Shown: piece after piece, positions 9,623 through 18,105 of the stretch
Position numbering within the stretch: position 1 is the first letter of the stretch
Layout of the letters: every line of letters starts with the position of its first letter
From: Candidatus Iainarchaeum sp.
Lineage (GTDB): Archaea > Iainarchaeota > Iainarchaeia > Iainarchaeales > JAFCCJ01
DNA: 38,458 nucleotides
Assembly: GCA_043816965.1 (NCBI GenBank)
Contig: JBDRHK010000028.1
Location: forward strand, 1-38,458
Reading direction: 5' to 3'
Program-made: the position numbers and the translations under genes
The notes under the pieces: generated by a model
Database searches by the model: none
What the model was told of the DNA's origin: nothing
Seen by the model: the letters and a program-made list of their open reading frames with translations, nothing else

Positions 9623-9991
9623 TCAGTAATGTGTTCCTCTTTTCACCAAATTAACATCCATTTTCCCAATCCCAAACTTATCCTTAAAATACCCCTTTGC
9701 CCTCTCAACATCAAACTCCTTGCAGGAATAAACATCAACCGAAACAAACCCCTTTTCAGGGACTGTGTGAATCGAGATATGGCTGTCAGTAATCATCACA
9801 AAACCGCTCAACCCGCCAGGGTCATGCCCGCCATTACCCAAATATCTTTCCACAACAGGCCCCCCTAAAATTTTCATTCCCAATTCGCCAGGCAATTCCC
9901 CCAGAATTCCCCTAACCAATCCCTCATCATCCAGATTCGCCCTATCACAATCATAACCATCCAGCATCAAATGCGGTCCAAATTCAACCAT
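9623..9991 (-). CDS. speD: Pyruvoyl-dependent S-adenosylmethionine decarboxylase proenzyme family
   Basis: GPHLMLD, GGLSGFVMITD-SHISIHT, DVYSC; GGTGA SD. Confidence 0.85.
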   Translation of the reverse strand: MVEFGPHLMLDGYDCDRANLDDEGLVRGILGELPGELGMKILGGPVVERYLGNGGHDPGGLSGFVMITDSHISIHTVPEKGFVSVDVYSCKEFDVERAKGYFKDKFGIGKMDVNLVKRGTHY

Positions 9992-10035
9992 TTTCTCACC
10001 TTTTAAATTATCCCCTATATTCTATTTATCCCTTG

Positions 10036-10047
10036 CCCTTAACGGCT
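10036..10047. repeat. 12-bp direct repeat CCCTTAACGGCT, copy A
   Basis: Identical to 11107-11118; the two copies flank the Fic gene. Confidence 0.85.
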
Positions 10048-10092
10048 GTTTTCAAGTCGTCATATCAGTGTAGCAATTCAGGCCAACCACGC

Positions 10093-11034
10093 CTAAATAT
10101 ATTTAATATAAATCTTGAATAAATTTTCAAATGTTTTTTTATATTTTGCGAGAAAAAATCTTTCGAGGTTTTCAGCATAGCCATTGTCGTAATCGCTGAG
10201 GCATTTTAGGTATGCGGTCCTCTGGCTTTTTCTTATTATCAATGGGGCATATCCTTCATTCACCAGACCGACGTTAATTATGAATCTTCCGACCCTCCCA
10301 TTTCCGTCATCAAAAGGGTGTATTTTTTCAAACTTGCCATGGAAATGAGCCGCCTTTTGCAGCGGGTGCATGGTCTTTTCCTGTTTGAACCATTCAATAA
10401 GATTTTTCATCTCCCTTACTACCTCTTCAGGCGGCACTGTTTCAATCCTTCTCCCAAGCAGGAAATTCGGCAGCTTCTTGTAACCTGTTTCGATTTCCAT
10501 GTCCCTAACCAGCATTTTGTGCAGCTTTATGATGTCCTTCTCCTTTACCCTGAATTTATTCTTCAGAATAGCGTCAACCACTTTCCTGCTGTTTCTTGTT
10601 TCATAAATCTCCCTCAGGTCCTTGTCCTTTATCATCCTGTTCTCGAACATGACAATTGCGACGTCCTTAAGTGTAAGGGAGTTTCCCTCAAGCGCGTTGG
10701 ATTCATATGTGAAGTTTACGGTGAACCTGTCGAAGAGGTCCTGCAGTTGTTTCCTTGTCAGTTTTGAAGTGATTTTTTTGTATTCCTGTTTTGTAGTCTC
10801 AATTTTCAGGATTTGTTCTTTTGTGTAAACACTGTTGGTTTTGAACCGTTCAAGGGCATTTTTTCCTTTCAGCTCGTCCTCCTTTGCATTGAAATAAGCC
10901 GCAAGTTCAGGAGTGACCTTTCTTTTTTCCACCCTTTTGCTGAGTTTGGCCAGCTTTCCATTCGGCAGCCTGACCGAATGGACTGCATAGAGGTATTTCT
11001 TCCCCTTAATCTTTTTCTCGGAAAAATAAACCAT
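10093..11034 (-). CDS. Fic-domain protein (class II) with N-terminal KKIKGKxY domain
   Basis: HPFDDGNGRVGR; inhibitory SNALEGN helix; ATG at 11034. Confidence 0.93.
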   Translation of the reverse strand: MVYFSEKKIKGKKYLYAVHSVRLPNGKLAKLSKRVEKRKVTPELAAYFNAKEDELKGKNALERFKTNSVYTKEQILKIETTKQEYKKITSKLTRKQLQDLFDRFTVNFTYESNALEGNSLTLKDVAIVMFENRMIKDKDLREIYETRNSRKVVDAILKNKFRVKEKDIIKLHKMLVRDMEIETGYKKLPNFLLGRRIETVPPEEVVREMKNLIEWFKQEKTMHPLQKAAHFHGKFEKIHPFDDGNGRVGRFIINVGLVNEGYAPLIIRKSQRTAYLKCLSDYDNGYAENLERFFLAKYKKTFENLFKIYIKYI

Positions 11035-11041
11035 AATTATA

Positions 11042-11087
11042 GTTAACCCCACAAATTATTTAAACATATGGGTTTTGTGGTGTTAAC
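11042..11087 (-). promoter_or_regulatory. Inverted-repeat operator (13/14 bp arms) straddling the Fic TATA box
   Basis: GTTAACCCCACAAA-N18(contains TTTAAA)-TTTGTGGTGTTAAC. Confidence 0.75.
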
Positions 11088-11105
11088 AAAAAATTGCCTA
11101 TTTGT

Positions 11106-11195
11106 TCCCTTAACGGCTATCCCTCGCGGAGGACCTAAGGGCCGGGTTTACGGGACCGTCCCCCGTAGGGGACATTGCTCGGTCTTAAGCCTCGC
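11106..11195 (-). ncRNA. Candidate ~90-nt structured non-coding RNA, unclassified
   Basis: GC-rich island in an AT-rich intergenic region; GUCCCC-UACG-GGGGAC and UCC-GCGA-GGG tetraloop hairpins on the minus strand; TATAAAAA ~27 nt upstream. Confidence 0.55.
11107..11118. repeat. 12-bp direct repeat CCCTTAACGGCT, copy B
   Basis: Identical to 10036-10047; forms the 3' end of the RNA candidate. Confidence 0.85.
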
Positions 11196-11251
11196 AAAAT
11201 GCTAAAGAATAAGCTTTTTATACCAGTGAGTGCCTTTATAGTAAGGATACT

Positions 11252-12013
11252 ATGGCGATTGAAAAGGTAAAAACCGGAATCCAGGGTTTGGATAAGGCCC
11301 TTGAGGGAGGAATCCCGAAAAACAACGTTGTCCTTGTTTCAGGAGGGGCAGGTACAGGTAAGAGTACCCTCTGCATGCAGTACCTGATTAACGGCGCCAA
11401 ACTCTTTGGCGAAAAGGGATTGTATATATCCACTGAGCAGAAGAGAAAGGAACTGATTAAGGCAGGCTCCAATTACGGCTGGGATATTGAGGGCCTTGAG
11501 CAGAGAAACCTGCTCAAAATAGAATATTTCGATGTTGTGGCCAGCGACAATGCCCTCGAAAAGATTTACGATTTATACACCTCATTCACCCCCCAAAGAA
11601 TTGTGCTTGATTCCTTAACAACATTCACTGACTCACTTTTGGTTTCCGGTATGCGCGAAGACACCGCTTTCTCAATGGTGCAGGTGGCAGAATCAGTCTC
11701 GCCAATCCCGCGCACGGAAAAAGTGGTTGCGAAATCACTCCTTTACCATTTAATGAATAAAATCAGATTGTTTGATGCGACAGTAATCCTCACATCTGAA
11801 CTCCCCGAAAAGAGCAACTATCTTTCAGCAGATAATATTTCAGAGTTTATTTGTGATGGGGTAATGGTGCTAGAATACCTCTCAGTAGGTGCCTCAGTAT
11901 TCAGGAGCATGCGCATAAGGAAAATGCGCTACACTAACCACGAAAAGGGTTCCCTCCCCTATGAGTTAGGCCCAAAAGGCGTCAACTTCACCGAAAAGGA
12001 TTTGGAAATTTAA
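11252..12013 (+). CDS. Single-domain KaiC/RAD55-like RecA-superfamily ATPase
   Basis: KTGIQGLD, Walker A GGAGTGKS, RIVLDS, IRKMR. Confidence 0.92.
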   Translation: MAIEKVKTGIQGLDKALEGGIPKNNVVLVSGGAGTGKSTLCMQYLINGAKLFGEKGLYISTEQKRKELIKAGSNYGWDIEGLEQRNLLKIEYFDVVASDNALEKIYDLYTSFTPQRIVLDSLTTFTDSLLVSGMREDTAFSMVQVAESVSPIPRTEKVVAKSLLYHLMNKIRLFDATVILTSELPEKSNYLSADNISEFICDGVMVLEYLSVGASVFRSMRIRKMRYTNHEKGSLPYELGPKGVNFTEKDLEI

Positions 12014-12042
12014 TTTAACTCCCATTACAAAAGTTGGTTTAG

Positions 12043-12708
12043 ATGGCCATAGAAGAATTAATTTTCACAGACATTTTCACGCAAGCCGCTTTTTTCATAG
12101 TTTCTTTTGCCCTATTAGGTGCAGGTATAAAGTATGTTGACGATGCATTTGATGAAAGGACCTTTAGCAGAAAGAATGCACTGGTCATAGCAGTCATTAC
12201 TGCAATTCTCTGGGCATGGGTAATGTCCATCCATCCTGCAGCAGCCACAATTTTGGGGGCAGTAGTTATTGCAGTTTTGTTGAAGGGAAAGGTTGACAAC
12301 ATTGCCTTTCAAATTGGTGTTTTGGCGATTCTCGGAATAATGTTTGTTTCAGGATATTTTGAATTCTTCCTTTTCCCAATGGCAATAATTGCAATTGCCG
12401 GAATTGCGGATGAACTGGGAAACGACTATGTGGATAAGCACCCAAAAATAAATATTTGGATTTATTATTTTTTCGAGTACCGTTTTGTAATGAAATTGGC
12501 AGTTGCACTGTTTGCTTTCTTGGAAACTTACTCCTGGATTTTCTTTTTCGCATTTGTTGCGTTTGATATAGCATATGCGGGTGTAACCCACTACAGCCTA
12601 TATTTAAAGAATCTTCGCAAGTTCCATTTTAACGGAAAGGGCAACAATGTTAACGGCAATGGAAAAAGCCCAGTTAACAATAATGGTTTCCATCAGGTGC
12701 TTAAGTGA
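12043..12708 (+). CDS. Multi-pass membrane protein with Asp-rich loops
   Basis: About 6-7 hydrophobic segments; KYVDDAFDE, GKVDN, ADELGND. Confidence 0.8.
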   Translation: MAIEELIFTDIFTQAAFFIVSFALLGAGIKYVDDAFDERTFSRKNALVIAVITAILWAWVMSIHPAAATILGAVVIAVLLKGKVDNIAFQIGVLAILGIMFVSGYFEFFLFPMAIIAIAGIADELGNDYVDKHPKINIWIYYFFEYRFVMKLAVALFAFLETYSWIFFFAFVAFDIAYAGVTHYSLYLKNLRKFHFNGKGNNVNGNGKSPVNNNGFHQVLK

Positions 12709-13088
12709 AGAGAGAGGAAATAGTTAAGGTTTTGGAAGATCTATTGCGAATGGAAGACGTACTTGCCTGCATGGTGACGAAAAAAGGCCTTGAGGGAATT
12801 GTCCCCCCGGGAATGAAAGTCAGGGATATTAACCTCTGGAAAATGCTCCACGATTCAACCGACAAGCTTTTCGACATAATGGCCCAGTTTTACGATTATA
12901 AATTGGAGAGATTATACCTCGAGCTGGGCAAATACACCATAATAATTGCCCCCATTAGCAAGGCATTTGGTCTTATAGTCCTCATCCCCTCACTTGCCAA
13001 TATGGGCCTTTTGGACGTAGAAATCGAGAATTCCAAGAGAAAAATCAAGGAAATCGCCGATAAAAAGGATGTTGCGCAGCAGCAATAG
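12705..13088 (+). CDS. Roadblock/LC7-like domain protein
   Basis: Helix, then DVLACMVTKKGLEGI, then helix and beta-meander ending NMGLL; GTGA coupling to the upstream gene. Confidence 0.72.
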   Translation: MKREEIVKVLEDLLRMEDVLACMVTKKGLEGIVPPGMKVRDINLWKMLHDSTDKLFDIMAQFYDYKLERLYLELGKYTIIIAPISKAFGLIVLIPSLANMGLLDVEIENSKRKIKEIADKKDVAQQQ

Positions 13089-13131
13089 GTTAATTAAGTT
13101 CAAAAAACTAATTTCTTTTTGAGATGGTTGA

Positions 13132-14211
13132 ATGAAGTTGAATTGCGATGTACTAGTGATTGGCGCTGGGCCAGCTGGACTTTCTGCTGCAAGAGCAGCT
13201 GCTTTAAGCGGAGCAAAAGTTATTTGTCTTGAGAAGAAAAAAAAAATTGGCGAACCAGTTAAATGTGCTGAAGCTATTGGAAATTATTTGTTGGATAAAA
13301 ATCCATTCAAAATACCTAGAAAATATCTTCTCTGGAAAATTAATGGCATAATTTTTAGGAATTCAGACCTAACTTATGTTGGTAAAGGGCCATTTTGGGA
13401 AGGATATTCCATTAACAGGATCTTTTTAGAAAGATGGGTATATTCTTTGGCTATTGGTGCCGGGGCTAGAATATTGTTAGATTCTGAATTTATATCTGCA
13501 ACAGAAAAACAGGATGGAGTTTTAGTTTCGTGCAGAATTAGAGGAGTTTCTCGCGATATTTTTTCAAAAAAACTGATTGCCGCAGATGGTGTTGATTCAA
13601 ATGTTCTTAAAAGTTTAAATAAATATAAAAAAAGAAAATTTGGTACAGCAAAAATTTGTTCATTTGAAATAAAATCTAATTTTATCAAGAATCGTCACTT
13701 TGAACAGATATTTTATGATTATTATGCTCCTCAAGGTTATGCCTATATTTTTCCTAAAGGTAAAAATCTCGCCAACATAGGAGTTGGAACTTTTAAAAAA
13801 AATGTAGAGCCATATTTTTCAGAATTCATTGAAGATCCATTAATTAAGCCGCAACTAAAAAAAATGGAAATATTAGCCGATAAATCACACTTAGCTTCCT
13901 TTGAAAATCCAGTAAATAAAATTGCATGGGGGAACATAATCGGGGCTGGGGATTCAGTCAATCAAAATCTCAAACCTTTCATAGAGGGAATTATTCCAGC
14001 TATTATCTGTGGAGATATTGCGGGGAAGTATTCTGTAAAAAGATTGAATGATTCTTTGAATAGAGATGAATATATTGCGGAGATTAATAATGTTTTGGGA
14101 TCCGAATATGACCTATCAAATTCAGTTATGTCGGATATGAAAAAAATATTTGAGAAGCCAGTCAAGAAATGTGCAAATCTTCTTTTTTTGAGAATTAAAA
14201 AAATCAACTAA
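13132..14211 (+). CDS. Geranylgeranyl-reductase-family FAD oxidoreductase
   Basis: IGAGPAG, PVKCAE, AADG, GYAYIFPK, AGD. Confidence 0.88.
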   Translation: MKLNCDVLVIGAGPAGLSAARAAALSGAKVICLEKKKKIGEPVKCAEAIGNYLLDKNPFKIPRKYLLWKINGIIFRNSDLTYVGKGPFWEGYSINRIFLERWVYSLAIGAGARILLDSEFISATEKQDGVLVSCRIRGVSRDIFSKKLIAADGVDSNVLKSLNKYKKRKFGTAKICSFEIKSNFIKNRHFEQIFYDYYAPQGYAYIFPKGKNLANIGVGTFKKNVEPYFSEFIEDPLIKPQLKKMEILADKSHLASFENPVNKIAWGNIIGAGDSVNQNLKPFIEGIIPAIICGDIAGKYSVKRLNDSLNRDEYIAEINNVLGSEYDLSNSVMSDMKKIFEKPVKKCANLLFLRIKKIN

Positions 14212-15466
14212 TTGTAAGTAAATTGTAGGAATGAGTTCTAACATTTAATTTATCCCCTGTCGCAAAATGTTCTCCCCCACAATATACGACTAAGTAGGAA
14301 TCATTGATTATTGATTCGAGTTTTTCTTTTTGTTTGTATATTTTACCACCTAGAGCTTCCATTCCAGTTTCACAAGCAACTATTAAAACAAGTTTATTTT
14401 TTTTCTCGAGAATATTTTTAAAATTTATAGGTGAATTTACGATTCGTTCCCCACTTGCAGATAATAATTTTATGTTTTTCGTTTTCAATTTATGCCCAAT
14501 TGCTAAATTTCCGCCATATATAGCTCCTATTGTTGTTGTGAAAGAATCATCGTCAGATATAGATATGGGGAAATAAAATGTTGTCCTATATAATTGTTCT
14601 AAATTCTTAAAAATTTCTTTGGAAAAACCTAATTTAGTTAACAATGCAATTGTTGCGGGTTCTCCGTTTAGACTTTTTATTACTCTCCCTTCAGTACTTT
14701 GGCCATCTACTTTAAAACAGACGTTTGTCTTGGTCATTTCTGGAAAGCCTCCAACAAAAATTTTGTTATTGGTGTAAATGAACATTCCCGTAACGCCATT
14801 CTTTAAAACTTTATCGTTGCAAAATTGATAATTTGAAATCAGTTTCCCATTGTCAGTTGTTGAACCACCAATGATGGCTGTTTTTTCTCCCTTAATTATC
14901 TCGTCTAAAACTTCCTCCTCTTTACCAACACCAAACTCAAGAAATGAACTTAATCTCAATCCAAAAGTAGACATTAAATCACCAATAAATTTCGAACCTA
15001 CTAAGTTTGTTTTTTTGATAAAAGGAAGACTAGGGATTGAAGGTCCTGAAATAAAATCAATCAAAACACCATCACTATATTTTTCCGGCTGTTTTTTTCT
15101 AAATAAATTTATAAATTCTTTGCCGGCCTTTTTTGGATTTCTTTTTGTATTGTGAGCTAGGCCAGTCACAACATCTAATTCGTCAGAATAGCACGATAAA
15201 ATTGTTAGTCCTCGTGAAAAAACTCCAGATTTATTCATAAATCCGGCAACCGTTCCACCAACGAGAGCCGTTTCTTTAGGAACGTTTTCATAAACTGTTT
15301 TTAGTATTTTATTTAATCCGCCATTTTTTTCATAATGTATCGTACTAAATAATAAAATAAATGTCGGTTTTTGTGATAATTTATTTAAAGATTGAGCCAA
15401 TGCTTCTCGGGCAGCTAATTCTGCCTCCCATTTTTGACTAGTTCCAATACCTACTTCAAAAACCAT
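14204..15466 (-). CDS. Stand-alone FIST (N+C) sensor domain protein
   Basis: GGTVAG, IIGGSTTD, YQF, RVIKSLNGEPA, VACE, YCGGE. Confidence 0.82.
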   Translation of the reverse strand: MVFEVGIGTSQKWEAELAAREALAQSLNKLSQKPTFILLFSTIHYEKNGGLNKILKTVYENVPKETALVGGTVAGFMNKSGVFSRGLTILSCYSDELDVVTGLAHNTKRNPKKAGKEFINLFRKKQPEKYSDGVLIDFISGPSIPSLPFIKKTNLVGSKFIGDLMSTFGLRLSSFLEFGVGKEEEVLDEIIKGEKTAIIGGSTTDNGKLISNYQFCNDKVLKNGVTGMFIYTNNKIFVGGFPEMTKTNVCFKVDGQSTEGRVIKSLNGEPATIALLTKLGFSKEIFKNLEQLYRTTFYFPISISDDDSFTTTIGAIYGGNLAIGHKLKTKNIKLLSASGERIVNSPINFKNILEKKNKLVLIVACETGMEALGGKIYKQKEKLESIINDSYLVVYCGGEHFATGDKLNVRTHSYNLLTIS

Positions 15467-15503
15467 TTTATCTAAAGAATATAAGCGTTTATAATATAAA
15501 TAT

Positions 15504-16346
15504 CTATTTAAAATTTTTTCCCCAAATATCTTCGGCTTCTTGCCTTAATTTGTCGGCTAAATATGGATTTTTAGTTAATATAACATTTATTTCAGTTGGT
15601 TTATTTAATATTTTTTCAAAATACTCCTCAACAGATATGTCCTTTGCATTTTTTATAGAACTATAATAATTATCAACATCAGTTATGAATCCCATTTCAT
15701 AATAAGTCTCCCCTATGTAGTCTCCCTGGATAAATGTGTCCTCTTTGCATGAAAATTTAGTTCCTGTTGTTGACTTCTTCCCTAACTTGGCTAGATAATT
15801 TGCATTCCAATTATCTAAAAAAGTATCTTTAGCATTAATTCCATAATGGTTGCAATAACTGAACATTTTCTTGAAATTATCATGTTCTACATCGCTCGCC
15901 CCTATTGCTCCGAAAGCGTGACGCATAAAGCATACGGCGTTCTTTTTTTCAGGATTAGGAAATTGAATAAAAAAGTCATTTACAAGAAATCTCGCTAGTT
16001 CCATAAATTTATTGAATTTAAGATTTAACGGTCTTGAATTTTCGAAGTTAATTTTACTTTTAGGGTTGGAATAAATTTGTTCCAGTTCATTACCAAACTT
16101 ATTTACACTTTTTATCCACTCCTTGTTTATTTCCAAATCTTTTCCATTTTTCACCATCACCCCTTCATTCTGAAGTTGCACAATAATCTTATGAACTGCC
16201 TGATAGGATATTTCAACTCCATATTCCCTTTGAAGAGCATTATAAATTTCCTTAGTTGTCAATGGCCACTTCCTTGAAAGTATTGAAATTATCTTGTCCT
16301 TATTTGAAGCCGATTTCATTTCTGGTAAAGTTATATTTATCGTCAT
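15504..16346 (-). CDS. wHTH plus putative ligand-binding domain, paralog 3 of tandem triplet
   Basis: ISILSRKWPLTTKEIY...SYQAVHK; QGD; KNPYLADKLR. Confidence 0.85.
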   Translation of the reverse strand: MTINITLPEMKSASNKDKIISILSRKWPLTTKEIYNALQREYGVEISYQAVHKIIVQLQNEGVMVKNGKDLEINKEWIKSVNKFGNELEQIYSNPKSKINFENSRPLNLKFNKFMELARFLVNDFFIQFPNPEKKNAVCFMRHAFGAIGASDVEHDNFKKMFSYCNHYGINAKDTFLDNWNANYLAKLGKKSTTGTKFSCKEDTFIQGDYIGETYYEMGFITDVDNYYSSIKNAKDISVEEYFEKILNKPTEINVILTKNPYLADKLRQEAEDIWGKNFK

Positions 16347-17206
16347 TTTTTAGCCCCCTCAAAATACCTATCAATTATCTGCTTCCTCAGCAATTCAGCC
16401 AGTGCCGGGTTTTTTGTTATTTTAACTGTTGCATGCATTTCGGGTGGCTGTTTTATCAGGCCAAATTTCCTATATAAATCATCCAATCCGTGCAGCTCAC
16501 CATAAGATTCTTTTATTATTTTCAATGACTCATCGGAAAACTTTGTTTCCACAATAGAATCTCCCTGAATGAGCATATCCTCTTTCAAGCCTATTTCAGT
16601 TCCGATAGGAGCAGCTATTCCGCCAACTCTTACATACTGTTTTAATATCCAGCGCCCAAAGGGAGTATCGTTGGTGAGGATTGCATAAGCCTTTGGGTTA
16701 TTTTTCGTCATTGTTGCCAGCAACTCCAAATCTTTGAATTTGAATTTAAATGGCCACCACCCATATTTCATAAGAGTAATAACTGTATTTGGCCCGTTTC
16801 CGACAAGCACCCTGCTTGCCATGATTCTTGCCATTGTTACGCAAAATAAACTGTAATCGTTGAATTCGAATGTAATTGTACCTTCGAAGTTAGGGGCTAT
16901 CTCATATTTTCCAAAGGAATCAGAATACCTTTTGTCAATTTCTGTGAAAAATCCTTTTCCCCTTTTAATCCATTGATTACTCAACTCATAATCTTTTGCG
17001 CGTTTTTCTATAACACAATTTTCTTCCATATCAGTTAATATTTTATGAATCGCTTGGTATGAAATCTCTGCACCAAACTCTCTGATTAAAGTGTTGTAGA
17101 TTTCCATTGCAGAAAGCGGCCATCTTTCACTGAGAATTGATACTATCTTCTCCTGCGTGGAGGCATTATTAGCATTCAACTTCAGCAAACTCAAATTACT
17201 TGTCAT
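16343..17206 (-). CDS. wHTH plus putative ligand-binding domain, paralog 2
   Basis: VSILSERWPLSAMEIY...SYQAIHK; QGD; KNPALAELLR; ATGA overlaps on both sides. Confidence 0.85.
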   Translation of the reverse strand: MTSNLSLLKLNANNASTQEKIVSILSERWPLSAMEIYNTLIREFGAEISYQAIHKILTDMEENCVIEKRAKDYELSNQWIKRGKGFFTEIDKRYSDSFGKYEIAPNFEGTITFEFNDYSLFCVTMARIMASRVLVGNGPNTVITLMKYGWWPFKFKFKDLELLATMTKNNPKAYAILTNDTPFGRWILKQYVRVGGIAAPIGTEIGLKEDMLIQGDSIVETKFSDESLKIIKESYGELHGLDDLYRKFGLIKQPPEMHATVKITKNPALAELLRKQIIDRYFEGAKK

Positions 17207-18024
17207 TTCTTCCCCCCCTTAAAATACCCCAACATCTTCCCCCTCAATTGTTTCGCCAGTTCAGGATTTTGGTTTATTGTAATCGGAATTTTGGTCTTTT
17301 TTTCGAACACATTTTCGAACATTGAGCTCATGTCAAATTCCGAAATATTGTTGCAGGAGGAATAGATTTTGTCAAGTTCCTTTATAATTTCTTTAGGATA
17401 ATAGACCTGAATCACAAAATCCCCGTAAACTATGAAATCAGGAGTATTGAGGTCTATTCCGCATTTCATCCTGACCTTGCTGCTTGTCCAGAATTTCTCG
17501 CACCATTGGTCCAAAACAGTTGAGGATTTGCTTATGCCGTATGAATCGCTTGCTTCAATCATTTCTCTCATCCTCCGGTAGGTTTCCTTCTGGAAAAGGG
17601 GAATCCAGAAATGGCTCCAGTATATGCAAAATGTCTGCCTTTCCGGGGACATTATTTTCTCAGCCAGTTCAACCATGAAACTGTCCAGGTTGTAAATGGA
17701 ATCAAGGTAGAAATTGTTACTGCCTGAACCATTGGAAAAGGAAGCAAAACTTTCCTGCATCATTTTTGCGAAATTCCCGATGCGCTCAACCCATTCAGGA
17801 TTTATTGAATATGCCAACTCATCTACGCATATTATTTTTTCCTTCTCTAATTCCTTCAAAATCTTATGCGCAGCCTGATAAGAAACAGCAAACCCGTTCT
17901 CCCTCTGGAGCTTGTTATAAATCTGCTTCGCGGAAAGAGGCCATTCCTGTGAGAGAATGGAAATTACCGCATCGCGCGTAGTTTTCGGCTGCCCTATTTT
18001 AGGCAGTATTATGGTCCCCACCAT
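17203..18024 (-). CDS. wHTH plus putative ligand-binding domain, paralog 1
   Basis: ISILSQEWPLSAKQIY...SYQAAHK; YGD; QNPELAKQLR; leaderless ATG at 18024. Confidence 0.85.
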   Translation of the reverse strand: MVGTIILPKIGQPKTTRDAVISILSQEWPLSAKQIYNKLQRENGFAVSYQAAHKILKELEKEKIICVDELAYSINPEWVERIGNFAKMMQESFASFSNGSGSNNFYLDSIYNLDSFMVELAEKIMSPERQTFCIYWSHFWIPLFQKETYRRMREMIEASDSYGISKSSTVLDQWCEKFWTSSKVRMKCGIDLNTPDFIVYGDFVIQVYYPKEIIKELDKIYSSCNNISEFDMSSMFENVFEKKTKIPITINQNPELAKQLRGKMLGYFKGGKK

Positions 18025-18054
18025 AGAATATAGGTAATAGCATAGAAATCCTTT

Positions 18055-18080
18055 AAAAATCAACTTTTTGGTTGATTTTT
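18055..18080 (-). promoter_or_regulatory. Perfect palindromic operator AAAAATCAAC-N6-GTTGATTTTT overlapping the TATA of the triplet operon
   Basis: 10-bp perfect arms; TTTAAA at 18052-18057, ~30 nt from ATG 18024. Confidence 0.8.
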
Positions 18081-18105
18081 GCTTAAATTGCAAAAGGGAA
18101 GGGAT

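Noticed and set aside
10048..10092. C/D box sRNA (minus strand CUGA-U-AUGACGA resembles D'/C')
   Set aside because: No credible terminal box C or box D at guide-length spacing
11106..11195. Assignment as twister or HDV ribozyme, SAM-I, 5S, SRP or RNase P RNA
   Set aside because: Only partial motif resemblance; required elements (twister P2-GAG junction and AAGC loop, SAM-I GCAAC/GUGC, RNase P CR-I) are missing, so it is left unclassified
12631..12690. Asn/Gly-rich quasi-repeat tail (NGKGNNVNGNGK)
   Set aside because: Low-complexity coding tail, not a DNA repeat element
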